NCBI RefSeq assembly: GCF_009914755.1
Contig: NC_060931.1
From: the human T2T-CHM13v2.0 reference genome, Homo sapiens
DNA length: 64,000 bases
Direction: 5' to 3' (one strand)
The translations under genes were made by a program, and so were the position numbers. The notes under the pieces were generated by a model. That model made no database searches and was not told where the DNA came from. It worked only from the letters and a program-made list of their open reading frames with translations. Positions 1-14,382 of the stretch are shown in pieces. Position 1 is the first letter of the stretch, and every line of letters begins with the position of its first letter.

Positions 1-471
1 AAACATTGCACTAGATGTTTTAGTGACCACAAAGGGTTAAAGTAAACAAATGACAATCTTTGCATAGGAAAGCAAAATTATTAGTGTATGACATGATTGT
101 GAACATATAGAATCTGATGAATATGTATACATATTAGATTTGAGTAAATTTAGCAAGATAGCTGGATTTAAAGTCAATGTGCCAAAATCAATTTTATTTT
201 TATATTCTCATTACCATTAAATAGAAATGAAGCTGAAAATATAACACCATTTAAAATAGCATTGAAAAGATCAAATATCTAAGGACAAATCTGATAAAAT
301 ATGTGAAAGTCCTCTATAATAAAAATGACAAATAAAAACAACACACAACACAATAGTGGGGAATATAAAAAGAACAACATATACCATGATTATACTTCGG
401 AAAACTTAGTATTGCAAAAATGTCAATTTTACCCAGATGGATTTAAAGATTCAACACAGTTCCAAAAAAAA

Positions 472-473
<2 letters not shown>

Positions 474-511
<38 letters not shown>
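474..511. repeat. (TG)n microsatellite
   Basis: About 19 uninterrupted TG units. Confidence 0.98.
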
Positions 512-514
<3 letters not shown>

Positions 515-1012
515 TGTAAAATGTACATGGAGTTTCTAATTCTCAAGATAGCCAAGGAAACTTAGGAAAAAAAAAAAAACAAAGACAGAGAGTTTACACT
601 AGCAGATATCAGGACTTGTTACTAGACTACAGTAATTAGGATAATTTAGCTTTGTTGCAAACATAAACCCACAGCAGTAAAAAAGAAAAGAACATTCATA
701 TACTGTAATTATGACAAAGGCATCCCTGAAGTTACAGTAAGTGGGGAAAGAAGATATTTTCATTGAAAGTTGAGTTTATTGAATATGAAAAAATGAACCT
801 TAACCCTTAGCTCACAATATAAACAAAAACCAATTTTAGGTGTATTGTGCCTTGTAAAATAATATGACTATAATAAGAAAACATAGAAGAACATTTTCCT
901 GAACTTGTGGTAGCAAAATATTTCTGAAACAAGAACACAAATACGTTGATCGAAAGAAAATAATAAGTTGGATTGCCTTAAAATTAAGAACTTCTGTTCA
1001 GCAAAAGACACC

Positions 1013-1550
1013 TGGCGGGGATGAAAAAGGTAAGGGCAGACCCCTCAAGCCCTTACTATCCCCATGAGGATACCTGAGGCAGTGTTGACTTCCCTCAGAT
1101 CTCTTTATAAACAAGACAACTGTTATTTGTTAGCAGCAGGATAACCCGTGGGACTCTTAACCCAAACTATTTTAGCAAGATATACTTCTCGGTCTAGAGT
1201 GTTGTAAATAAACCTGAATTTGTGGATCTAAGAATTACATGTGGGTGGATGTACTCATCTCAACTCTCCTGTCTCCTTCCTCCTCTGAGCTGGTGTGCAC
1301 CACACATATTATTAGTCTTTTGTTAGAATAACCAGAACTAGTTCTTTGGTTCTATAAAAATGCACAATAAAATGTGCCTTTAAAAATAAAAGGGGCGATT
1401 AGGAAAAGGTGGTGAGCCTCTGTTAGAGAGGGTTGCTACAGCTGCATGTGCTTTTTACTTGAATCCAGGAAACCATTAAGCAATTTTTGTTAGGTGAGAT
1501 GTCTGATCTGTATGAATCTTTTTTGACAGTTCAACCCTTTGGATAATACA
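1013..1550. mobile_element. Solo LTR, probably ERV1 class, family not recognised
   Basis: TG...CA termini, 4-bp TSD CACC (1009-1012 and 1551-1554); host L1M joins collinearly across it. Confidence 0.7.
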
Positions 1551-1702
1551 CACCACTAAAAGAGTATGAAACAGAGCAAGATAAGATATTTGTAATACAT
1601 ATACCTGAAATGTACTAGTATCCAAAATATATGAGGTATAGAAAGTATGGCTACAAATCAATAAAAAAAAAGTCCATTAGCCCAATTTAAAAAGTGGGAA
1701 AA

Positions 1703-2502
1703 TGGTATTTCTAGTTCTACATCCTTGAGGAATCACCACACTGTCTTCTACAATGGTTAAACTAATTTACACTCCTACCAACAGTATAAAAGTGTTCCTA
1801 TTTCTCTACATTCTTGCCTGCATCTGTTGTTTCCTGACTTTTTAATGATCATCATTCTAACTGGAGTGAGATGGTATCTCATTGTGGTTTTGATTTGCAT
1901 TTCTCTAATGACCAGTGATGATGAGCTTTTTTTTCATATGTTTGTTGGCCGCATAAATGACTTCTTTTGAAAAGTGTCTGTTCATATCCTTCGCCCCCTT
2001 TTTGATGGGGTTGCAAAGAATTATAAATCATTCTACTATAAAGACAAATGCACAAGACTTGGAACCAACCCAAATGTCCACCAATGATAGACTGGATAAA
2101 CAAAATGTGGCACATATACACCATGGAATACTATGCAGCCATAAAAAAGAACGAGTTCAGGCCCTTTGCAGGGACATGGATGAAACTGGAAACCGTCATC
2201 CTCAGCAAACTAACGCAGGAATAGAAGACCAAATATCACATGCTCTCATTCATAAGTGGGAGTTGAACAATGAGAACATATGAACACAGGGAAGGAACAT
2301 CACATACTGGGGCGTGTCTGAGGGTCGGGGAAAAGGAGAGGGAGAGCATTAGGACAAATACCTAATGCATGTGGGGCTTAAAAAGTAGATGACGGGTTGA
2401 TAGGTGCAGCAAACCACCATGGCGCATGTATAAACCTGCACATTCTGCACATGTATCCCACAATGTAAAGTAAAAAAAAAAAAATTAACAAAACAAGGAA
2501 AA
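1703..2502 (+). mobile_element. 5'-truncated, 5'-inverted L1PA (L1PA8-like)
   Basis: 1703-2013 antisense ORF2 end, 2014-2502 sense 3' end with A-tail; TSD AAAAAGTGG(G/A)AAAA at 1689-1702 and 2503-2516. Confidence 0.93.
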
Positions 2503-3559
2503 AAAAAGTGGAAAAAGAGACCAAAAAAGTTATTTCATAGAGGAGGGTATCCCAGTCACCAATATGTGCATTGTGATGGTGCTCAACTTCACTAGTTAAC
2601 TAGAAAGTATGTATTGAAATCATAACGCAATAGTCCTAAAACACACCAACATGCAAATGAAACAGACAAAGGAAAAAACAAGCACTTACCAGAAAAGATG
2701 TGGAACAACTGGGGTGCTCATATGTTGCTGGAGGGGTTATAATTTGATACATGCACTTTGATAAATTGTCCAATATTATCTAGTAAAGCTAAACATAAGC
2801 CTGCTGTATGTGACAGAAATTCAATCCTTAGTTATATATCCCACAGAATTCCAGCTTGTGTTCATCCAAAGACATACTAGGATGTTCCTGCAAAACTGTT
2901 TTTTATTGCCCAAAATTGCAAACAAACCTGAGTATTCGTGTCAACATGGTTGAAAAGGATTATCACAAATATGATATTGAGCAAAAGAATCCAGAGAATT
3001 CTGGCCGGAAACATACTGTATGACGCCATTATCACGAATTTTAAAAAGAAGCAAACTTACCTTATGATGGTAAGCCACCACATGAGGATGGTGGCTGCCA
3101 TTTTGGGAGGGGTGAGAAATCATTGGAGAGAGACACGTGGGGCTTCCAGTGTTTGATCACAATTCCTTTCTTGATGTCAATGCTGGCTGCTCAGGTGTTA
3201 AATATGTGACAGCTCATCATGCTATCTGCTTATGGTTGACACAATTATGTACACATGCTCTCTATAAATTAAATTTCTATTAAGCTTTTAAACAACAGAA
3301 AATCCTCAATTAATATCTTAAATATTGTTGTGAAATAATAGAGTAAATTTACAGCACAAATAAAGTAAAATAAAGTGTAAGTCATTGTTAGAACTTAATC
3401 TCAGGAAATACCTTTTAAAACCTTCAACTACAGAAAAAAAATTAACTAATTTGATATATAAAAATACAAAATTACCAAAAGAAGTCAAACCATGGGAAAA
3501 TTATATTTTATAAGGCAGGGAAAGAGTTGATCCCCTTATAATATTAAGAAGTATTTGAT

Positions 3560-3889
<330 letters not shown>

Positions 3890-3987
3890 TCAGAGAAAAT
3901 AGTTACATTATAAAATGTGCAATTCATAAAAAATAAGGCAATAGAAATGTAAACAAATGTATGATCTCCACTATAAGAATGATGTAA

Positions 3988-4318
<331 letters not shown>

Positions 4319-5849
4319 CTAACTGCCACTGTTTTGCATATATGTGTATGTGCATAAGCACGTGTGTGTGTGCACATGCATGCAAATGTGTCTATACATG
4401 TGTGTATATAAGTGTATATGTGTATACACATATATAATAGTAATCATAAAGCAGAGTATCTCAGAGTGCTGGTGAGTATATATAAATACTTGCAATTTCC
4501 TTAAAGCAAAAATAGTGATATTGAGTCAATAACTTTGCTAGATTATATATTCTTTGAGCCAAAATTTTACTTATGGAAGTGAATCCTAAGGAAAAAGCAA
4601 AGAAAGAACACAAAAAATGTAGCCACCAAGGTATTTTTTTCAATATGATATTCGTGGAAACCATTAAGCTTTCAAAAATATGAGATTGGTGAAATAATGA
4701 AACTGTTCCATATTTTAGAGTATTTGACAGCCATTAAAATACTTCTATGGAAAATCATTAATAAAATAAAGCTTCAATGAAAATAATTATATATAATTAC
4801 AGCAATATATTTCTAGTAATAAAAACATATTTATAGATTAAGGTACATATAATTATGGATATACATAAAATATTAACAATTTTTTGTGTTTGTAGAATTA
4901 TGGATTTTTATGTGTTTAATGTTTTGGAGTAAATATAATTTACTCTTACATTCAGAAAAATGAACAAAATAATAAAAATAACATTTGTTGCAAATATAAG
5001 ACATTAATATATTAATATGCCAAATGTAGCATACCTTAATATTATTCATGTTTAAAATTCTTTCAATTTGGTAAGAAGCATGTTAAAACTATGATTTGAT
5101 ATACAGTAAAGGATGAGAATTAAAAAGTTGTTAATAGAAAACACAAAAATATTTCCATGAATAATAAAATGTGCATTCAAAAAGCAATTAGAAATAACTT
5201 TGGATTATAAAATGTATTTTAAATAAAAATAATAAATTATGACAAGGTTGCATGATATAAGCATTCCCACACTGGTGGGAAAAAAAAACAGCTAAATATG
5301 AAGTATCTTAAAAAATTAACAACATGTATCAAGATCCTTAAAGATCTTCTTTCATATTTATCTGATAATCTCACTTTTAAGAATTCTTTCTAGTGATTAA
5401 AAATGCAAAATGAACTGATATGCAAAGGTATTTCTTGATGTAGTAATTTTAATAACACAAGTAATTTAAGCCCAAATTATAATTATTAAATGCTTAAATG
5501 CAGCCCCCCTCAGTAAACCTGGAGAATATATTTTAATGTGATTCTTCTCCATACTATGTGATGATACAAGAAAAAAATACGTTGTTTTATAGATTACTCA
5601 AAGTAAGTAAAGATTTTTAAAAATCTCAGTTGTGCAAACACCACACATGCACACAGAAGAAGAAAATAAAAATTTTGTTAATTCTCATTGTGGAACACAA
5701 ATAAACATATTTTTCCCTATGATTTTCTCAATTGTTTTATTTATTAAAAATTCCCATTACATTGAGAATTCAATACTTTGATACATAAATACATTTTCAA
5801 GTTTAAAAAATACACCCTATAAATATTTTTCTTTAAAATGCATGCTATC

Positions 5850-6200
5850 AGCCAGGCGCGGTGGCTCACACCTGTAATCCCAGCACTTTGGGAGGCCAAG
5901 GTGGGCAGATCACTTGAGCCTAGGAGTTTGAGACCAGCCAGGGCAACATGACGAAACCCCATCTCTACTAAAAATACAAAAACATTAACTGGACATGATG
6001 GTGCCCACCTGTGGTCCCAGCTACTCGGGAGACTTAGGCACGAGAACTGCTTGAAACTGGCAGTGAGCGGAGATCGTGCCACTGCACTCCAGCCTGGGTG
6101 ACAGAGCAAGACTCTATCTCAAAGAAAAGAAAAGAAAAGAAAAGAAAAGAAAAGAAAAGAAAAGAAAAGAAAAGAAAAGAAAAGAAAAGAAAAGAAAAAG
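5850..6200 (+). mobile_element. AluJb-like with (AAAAG)n tail
   Basis: Alu dimer with a deletion in the right arm; J-type cacttgagcc-aggag. Confidence 0.93.
6121..6200. repeat. (AAAAG)n pentanucleotide STR in Alu tail
   Basis: About 15 perfect units. Confidence 0.97.
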
Positions 6201-9200
6201 CATATGAATTATTCACTTGAATGAGTACTAAGACACAACCTGCATTATTAGACATGTAAGGTGTTTGGCATGTTTTCTCAATGTTGAAATGGAATGAAAT
6301 CATTGAACGTAGACACTACTCTTATGAAGAATAACTGTCTTAATAGACATATCATTTAAAAATATATGGAGAAACTATGCATTTATATAGTAATACCCTA
6401 AGAATTATTGAACAATTACTAACTTAATTATAATGTGATGTTCTTTTGGTACTATGCACCATTTCCTCTGGACTGCTAACATTTTGGCTCTTGATTCTAG
6501 ATGATGAACTGTAAAAGTGCTTATTTTTAGAGTGGAGTTTCTCTTTTGCTTGAATTTAAATGTGTTACAATAATATGTAGTTAGTACAGCGATAACATTT
6601 GTAACGCTAACATTTTTAATGAAACAACAAGGTGAAAGATTCAACAATAAACTTAAAAGCATATTAAATTTGGAATACCAACATCTTCAAACAATTCGTA
6701 CTTAAAAATACAGTTATTTTATGTTGCTGATTTGGTCATTGACTCATGAACTTTGTATAATTTTGCCCTCATTAAAGACAGCAAGAAAAGAGACATCAGA
6801 CAAAACTAAATGTGCCTTGACAGATACTTTTAATTTCAAGACATTTGTTATCAATGCACATATTTATAAAATATACTCTGTAATGATACAATGTAAGGGG
6901 GTGGATTGCAGATTTTGGAAAAGAGTCTAAAATGCAGTTTGAATATGCTCTCAAAATTAAAAATTTTGAGTGAATTTGAAAAAAATAACACCACTTCTAA
7001 TATTTTGGAATCACTCTTCGTTGCATGGTATTTTTGCAGCATTTCCAACCAGGAAAGAGTAATCAAATTTAAAGTTATCTTGCTCAGCTGGATCTATTCA
7101 TTGCAAAGACACATTCAGCATTTTCTTAGAACTGATCTTGTCCGTAAGCAAAACTATACCTCTCGGTAAAACTAAACCTTACGGTAAAACTAAAACAAAA
7201 CAAAACAAGACACGACTTCATCCAGGAGAGACAAGAATGCTAACCTTCTTGTCTCGAACTATTCATACATTCGATGACTAAGAGAGCTAAACCATCTGTC
7301 ATGGGAACACCTGCAAAAATGATGGTTTTTTTTCCTCTGTACAAAAGGCTTAACCTGTTCCATGGTATGACAGAATGAAAAAGTCTTCATTTTATTTGAT
7401 TTTTGAACATTAGAATGATTAAGGGATGGGTTATTGAGACGTGTGTTGTTTAACTTCCAAGTATTTGAATATTTTCCAGATATATTTTGTTACTGGTGTA
7501 ACTTCACTATGGTCAGAAAAATATTCTATAGGAAAATATTCTGTAGGAATATAAAAGTTTACAATTTTTAAAGTTTTATTTTCTAAGTTGAGATCGATCT
7601 TGGTGTATGTTCATGAAAAGAATATATATCCCACTGTCACTGAGCAGAGTGTTAGTTGATAGTGTTATTCACCTATCTATTATTCTCAATAATAATCTAT
7701 CAAGTTGTTCTGCTGATTATGAGAAAGAGGTGTTGAAATCTCTGACTTTAATTATGGATTGGTCTACTTAGCTTTTCAGTTCTATAATTTTTTATTTCAT
7801 GTATTTTGAAATACAAGCCCTGTTGTTATGTGTCACACATTTAAGATTGTTAGGTTTTCTTGATAAATTAGTCCTTTTATCATGACTTGTATTTATTATC
7901 ATTGGTGTATTTCAGGTTCTAAAGTCCAGCCACTTCACCTTTCTTTTGGTTAGTGTCAGCATAACATTTTCAATGGTATAGCTTTTAAGACTTTTAACAC
8001 TTTTGAGAAAATGTCTTATAATTGCATATAGTTTGATCTTGCTTTTATACTCAATATAAAAAATCTGTCATTTAATGGGCGGGCTTATACCATTTATATT
8101 TAAGATAATTATTGATATGATCATATTTAAACTTAGTATCTTATTACTTTTTTATTTTGTTTTGTTTTTATCTATTCTGTTCTCTTTCTCTTTTTCTGCC
8201 TGCTTTTGGATTAATTGATTTTTTTATGATTCAATTGTTTCTCTACTACAACTTATAAGCTACAAATCTTTTTTCCATTTTTTTGATCTTACCTTAGGGC
8301 TTACAATGTAAATCTTTAATTTATCACCATTCAATTTCAAAATAATTATACTGTATGTATAAGAACTTCATAATTACTCCCTCCCAAACTTTGTGCCAGT
8401 GCTGTCATATGTGTTAAAATATGTCTTATAAACTACTCAAAACATTGTTACTATTCTTTACCAAATGTTAACTATCTCTTAAATAAATGAAAAATAAAAA
8501 TATGCACTTTAAAATTACATTCTGTTTGCCATTTGAAGCTATTCATTCCTTTGTGTAAACCTAAATTTTTATGTCTGATTTTGTTTCTTGTAACTAAAGA
8601 AACTCCTTTCATATTTCTTTAAGTTCAGATCTCCAGGCAATGAATACTCTTATATTTTTTCAGGGGAAATATGTTATTCTACCTTCATTTTTGAAAAATA
8701 TTTTCACACAACATAGAATTCCAGGGTTTCAGATTTCGTTTTTGATACTGTCAAAAGGCTGCTCTGCTGTTTTGTTTTATATAATTTTTTATTAGAAGTA
8801 TGACGTATTCCTTATCTTTGTTCTATACATAATGTGTCTTTTTTTCTCTGTCTTCAAACATTTCTCTTTATCTTTGCATCGTAGCTCTTTGAATATTACA
8901 TATTTAGGCTTTTTACCTCCTTGGTGTTCTCTGAAATTATTGGATCTGTGATTTGATTTCATCATTATTTCTGAAAATTCTCAATCATTGTCTCTGCTAT
9001 GGCTTCCCTCTCTCTTCCCTCTGGTATTCCAAATATAGTGGCCTGTTTTTTATCATCCACCACTCTTAAGTACATCTTTAAAAAAAATTCTCATTTTTCT
9101 TTTTGTGTTTCAGTTTGGATAATTTCTGTTGTCCTATTTTCAATTTTACTTATTTTTCCTTCAGCTATTTTGTGTCTAATAATAATTTCATAAAAGGAAT

Positions 9201-9511
9201 TCTGACACAATTTTTATTTCTAGTACTCCCATGATATGATTTTTATAGTTTTTAAAGATCTGTTCAAATTCCCCATTTAAATGCATGTTTTCTAAAGATT
9301 TTGCTATATATTTATTTCTGGGTGATCTCTGAATCTGGTTGTTTGGATTTCTTTTTCTCTTGACAATGGAATGTTTTTGCTTGCTCTTTTTTTTTTTTTT
9401 TTTTTTTGTATCATAGTGTTTGACTCTGTATGCCAGGCATCATGCTATAGGAAAGGTGCACACAGTAGTTTTACTTGGAAATGGGCACATTGTTCTTCTG
9501 TTCAAGCCAGT

Positions 9512-9520
9512 AGTGTGTGC

Positions 9521-9553
<33 letters not shown>

Positions 9554-9557
9554 TGTA
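9512..9557. repeat. Imperfect (TG)n
   Basis: Directly visible. Confidence 0.93.
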
Positions 9558-9724
9558 TGTTGTCAGTTTTTGAGATGGGTTTAGGATCTGTTAGTAGAGT
9601 GAGGGCTTCGGGATCAGAGGAGTTTTAGCAATTTTTTGCAATTTCACCTTTTAGCTTTTTTATATGCTTATGACAAAGAAGGCACTCCACTCTTTCCCTG
9701 ATCCCAGAAGTAAACTGTTGTTAC

Positions 9725-10340
9725 TTTTTTTTATTAAATAAACTGTATTTTTCAGAGAAGTTTTAGGTATACAAAAAATTGAACAGAAAGAATAGAGAGT
9801 TCCCATATACTCTAATGTGTATGTGTGCACACACACATGCTCCACATACACATGCTACAACTACACACAGTTTCCCTATTATTAGAATCAGTTCAGTTTA
9901 TTTGTTACAATGGGTGGGCAAATATTGATACATTAGTTCATTCTCTGTGTGGTACTTTCTGTGGGTTTTGACAAATGTATAATTACAGATCTCTGGCACT
10001 ACAGGATGCTAACAGTTGCCCTGTTCTAAGAATCCTCTATGCTCCTCCTAGTCATCCCTCCTTCCCTACCTCCCTCCCTCCCTCCCTCCAGATGCTTGGC
10101 AACTGCTGACATTTTTACTGTCTCCATAGTTTTGCCTTTTCTAGAATGTCATATATTTGGAATCATACGGTATATCATCTTTTCACATTTGCTTCTTTTG
10201 CTTAGCAATATGCATTTAAGATTCTTCCATGTCTTTTCATAGTTTAGTAGCTGATTTCTTTTCATTGCTGGTACTACTCCCTTGTATGGATATCCCACGG
10301 TATGTTCATCTATTCACCTATTGAAGTACATCTTGATTGC
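9725..10340 (-). mobile_element. L1MC-type 3' end nested in older L1M
   Basis: T-tail followed by L1MC-like 3' UTR (agttttaggtatacaaaaaattgaacagaaag...gagttcccatatac). Confidence 0.75.
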
Positions 10341-13300
10341 TCAAACAGACTTTATAATTCTCAAGCTCCTCCTCACTGAGTCTGCAGAAATTCATGAATT
10401 GCAGTCTAAGTGTTCTGACAGGTGCCATCAATCTGCTTCTGCTCGTGAGTTTCTGTTCCTGGTAAGAATGGTTCTCTGTGTTCACCTGTATCCCCAATAT
10501 TGAGGGCAGATGTTTGTCCTGTGACCTCAGTTCTCTGACAGGTGTAAGAGATGATGATTTTCTGCTTGTTCAGCTTTATGCTTTTCTTGTGAGGATGGGA
10601 GTGACAATCTCCAAATTCTTTACATGTCAGACTGGAAATGATACATCTGCTGCTGCCTTCAATCACTGCTTGATAGCCTCATAGTGAAAGGCAGGGGGAT
10701 TCTGGATTGTCTTAGCCCACCTGCAGGTTTTGTTACTTTTTGTGTGACTGCTCCTTGAAGGTGAGGCTTCTTCTTCATTTCTCCCCCTCTTCTCTGTGGT
10801 AAACAAGCATTGCCAAATATTTGGGGCTGGTCTTTTGTGGGAGAGAATTTCATGACTCTCCCTTACTGATATGAAAGCTCGAATAGTACTGGTATAGGTG
10901 CTGGATCACAGAAGTGTTTCTGTTCCTTCTCTAAGGGTGGAAGGACTTTTATTTTGCTGTCTCCCATCAATGATGGATCTTTACATGACAAATTTGTCTC
11001 TTCTCCGCTCTGTGCTTAATTTTTTTGTTTGCTCTATATGAGACAGGGCAGCCGGAATAGGGATGGTGTCATACCTTTCCTACAATGGTGACTGATCCTT
11101 GCAGAAGACTTTCTCTGGACCTCAGCTCTGCTCCTATTCTTCTTGTGATCATCCAGTTGAGGACCAATGGAAAAGAGCCTGTGAATGCACGCGAGCTCCC
11201 TTTGTGTCTGGGTTCCCTGGAGTTTCTTAACTCTCATGCCAGCAAACAGACAGTCTTCAGCAACTCTTAAAAATGTTAGCTGCTTTCTTTTCATCCACAT
11301 ATACGGCAACCATTCTTCACTCCTGCACTGTGTCTCCAGTGATCTTGCCTCTCCTTGGATTTTTGGCTGCTTGATTGCCTGCTCTCTGCTAGCTTCAGAG
11401 TATGTTATGATTTACAGGATATCCGGCTGCTAATATTGTAGCTACTCTTTCCACCTTCCTAGGCATAAGTGGAATCAGAGGCTATTTTTAATAATCTAAA
11501 TTGGGTTTTAATTATGGTAGCCTCACCAGCAAGACGTGTTCAGTAACCTCTTCCGTGCTTATTCATTCCAACAACATGATGAGGGTGATAAATGTATTTT
11601 ATTTATTTTCATGACAAAATGTTGAAAAAAAAGATATGGTATAACTTACAAAAATCACTACGGTTTGCTATGAGACTAAGAAGTTGAGAGAAATTCACGG
11701 TAAAGGATAATAAGGTGAAGAATATCATAAGGCCTTATATAATTGGTATAGATGGAAGAGCAAATAAATTATGTCCCCAAGAGAAGAACAAACCATTTTC
11801 TCAGGAAAGGAACACAGAAATTTGAAGGAAATTACTCCCGTGAGTCCTCATAAAGAGGCACAGTGTGACATAGTAGATAACAACCAAAACAGCATCCCCA
11901 AACTAAATACATGTTTTATGGTGTTATGTGTTTCTTACCTGTTCTTCTACGGAAGTCGAGGGCATGATACCAAACCCCAATTCAGTAAAAGTACTATATA
12001 AAAGAAGCAAAAACTCCTACAAAAACAAACAAATCCACATATGCATTCTCTTTCTGGAGTTTTGAATAAGGTCTAGAATGTGGACAGGTAAGGCAGTTGA
12101 ATGGACTATGCACCTTTCAAGCAACCCTCTAACCCTCTATAGATATCAGTTTCATAACTGAGATATTAGCTAATGTTGAGAAGTATGTATCCCATATATA
12201 TATAATACTGTGTATATCAAAAACCCAGAAGAGAGTACAGATTATTCTGTGATGGTAATTGGGAAAAATATATACTTACATAGGCTCTTGTGAACTAAAG
12301 CACTCCAAATAATTATGAAGCCTGAATATATGGTCCTTCCAAGTTTGCATTATTAGGAAATACTGAAGAAACATGTGTGAAGAGTCCAGATTCCCCTGCT
12401 ACATGGGAACCTGAGGGTTTAAAGCCCTAAGTGGTGATTCTATGAACCTTACATGAGTGTCGTGTAAAAAACGGGCCATAGTGTATTTTAAATTTTTCAT
12501 TAAATCTGAAAATTGATATATTTTTATTCAGTTTGCAAATGTGACCCTCTGTATTGGATTCTCCTTTGTAAGTGTAATAATCTATATTTATATCCCTTCT
12601 ATGTGGTTTCCTGTAATCACTCTAACAGAACTGGAAGCCCCTATATGAGAAAAAGGGCATCATTATTTTCAAAGTACCTAAACCTGTGTCTGACAGAAAT
12701 GACTTCCCTAGATGAAGTGGGAAAACAGAACTTTGCCTACTGTACATTTACAATAATATACCCTTTGGTTGAGACATGGCACGGAAATTAAACATACTTT
12801 GGACCTTGTATTTTTTAGTGATAAATGAAGATACAATTAGCAAAGCTAAAAGGATAATATCAGTTTATACCAGTCCATCACTTTTACTGTGAGAAATCAT
12901 TATTTTTTGATGAAGAACTAATACAACCACACAGACCACTTTAGGTGATATTTGGAAAGTTGAAGTCTTTATGTTTAAGGCATAGATGGTAAACACCTCA
13001 GTCTTTCTATTAGAAGCGGAAAAAGCACCTTGGAGGAATAAAATTAAAACTCTGTCCAGTGGAAACATTTTCTTTTCTTATTATTTCTCATCTACCTCTA
13101 AGCGGCACAGTAAGATAATTAAGCACTAGGATTGGCCAAAATAACAAAAATGTTATTTTTTGAACTGTCAAATTTCACTTTAAACACTATAACTTATTCA
13201 ACTTATTATGTAGAGAAAAACTTCGCTTTGACACAATTAAGTCATGTATATGATAAAGAAAAAGTCCATGTGGAAGAAAGAGTAGAGATTAGCATATTTC

Positions 13301-14382
13301 TGCCATTGTCTACACATTTGAAATGGAAGCATTCTGTCAAATTTCAGAATAAGTGAGTGTCCAATGCCAACAAATCAGTACTTGACATGAAATAGGGTTG
13401 ACAAGTAACTATTAGAGATGTGCATTTTTATTAATTAGACAGTGCTCTGACAAGATTTCATCCAGCTGACAGCAGGTTAGAATTTCAGTTCCTATATTTT
13501 CTAATGCTAACTGTACCTCAAACACTACAGATAGGCCTGGGAAACCCTCAAATCATTTGGCAAATTTTTAACAATAGTCTGTAAAATAGGAAAATCAATC
13601 ACGTCTGACTTCACAGCAGCAGCTTGAAGAGGAATGACCTAAGTGCTAAAGAAAACACTATTATTGACTGTGCTGATAATATTAATAGAATATCACCACA
13701 TCTTAAGAAAATACAGATTGTGACAGTTCTCAAGCCTCAGAATGAATCTAAATGAGGATTTTCTCATATGGAAGAAATGAGAAGATATGTCATAATGTTT
13801 TTGAGTATTTCAGGGGAAGCTGCCAAGAAGAATCCCGGTATGAAGTCTGGAACAGGAAGTTAGAGACCAACATTAAGGGCCAATAGGGTTCCAAATATTT
13901 ATGTTTTTTTGTTTGTTTCTTTTTGTTCCTTTCTACTTCTTGAATGTTTCAGTAAGATTATCTTTCTTCTGCCATAAAACACCTTTACTACATCCTTTAG
14001 ACCAGATGTGTGGGTCACACATTTTTTCTTATTTTTTTTTTTGGTCTGAATTTTTTTTCTTCTATCCTCATTCTGGAAACATATTTGTGATGGATTTGGA
14101 TGCTAGATTGACAGGTTTTTTTTCTACTACCATTATATTCTCTCTCTCTCTTTTTTGTTTTACCATGAAAATCAGTTTTCTTCTTTGATCTGGAACATGT
14201 AAATATACACAAACTTCTGAAATAAACATAAGATGTTAAGTTAAATATTTTGTAAACCTTAGCTTTACACCCACCTTCCCCCATCTGCAAAAGTATGGTT
14301 CTCTTCTGGGATAGGGGACTAGGAGTGGGTTGGTGAATATGCAATTTCTGAAAGATCTCATTTTGTAAAGATAAATATTTCT

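Larger units (their letters stand above)
1..3290 (+). mobile_element. Ancient L1M (ORF2 3' part and 3' UTR), interrupted by an LTR and an L1PA
   Basis: Degenerate A-rich L1 ORF2-like sequence (e.g. aaaattaagaacttctgttcagcaaaagacac) that resumes collinearly after each insertion; boundaries approximate. Confidence 0.75.
7420..11490 (-). mobile_element. Ancient L1M (ORF2/ORF1/5' region), antisense
   Basis: T-rich degenerate L1 motifs (ggtgttgaaatctctgactttaattatggatt); boundaries approximate. Confidence 0.65.
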
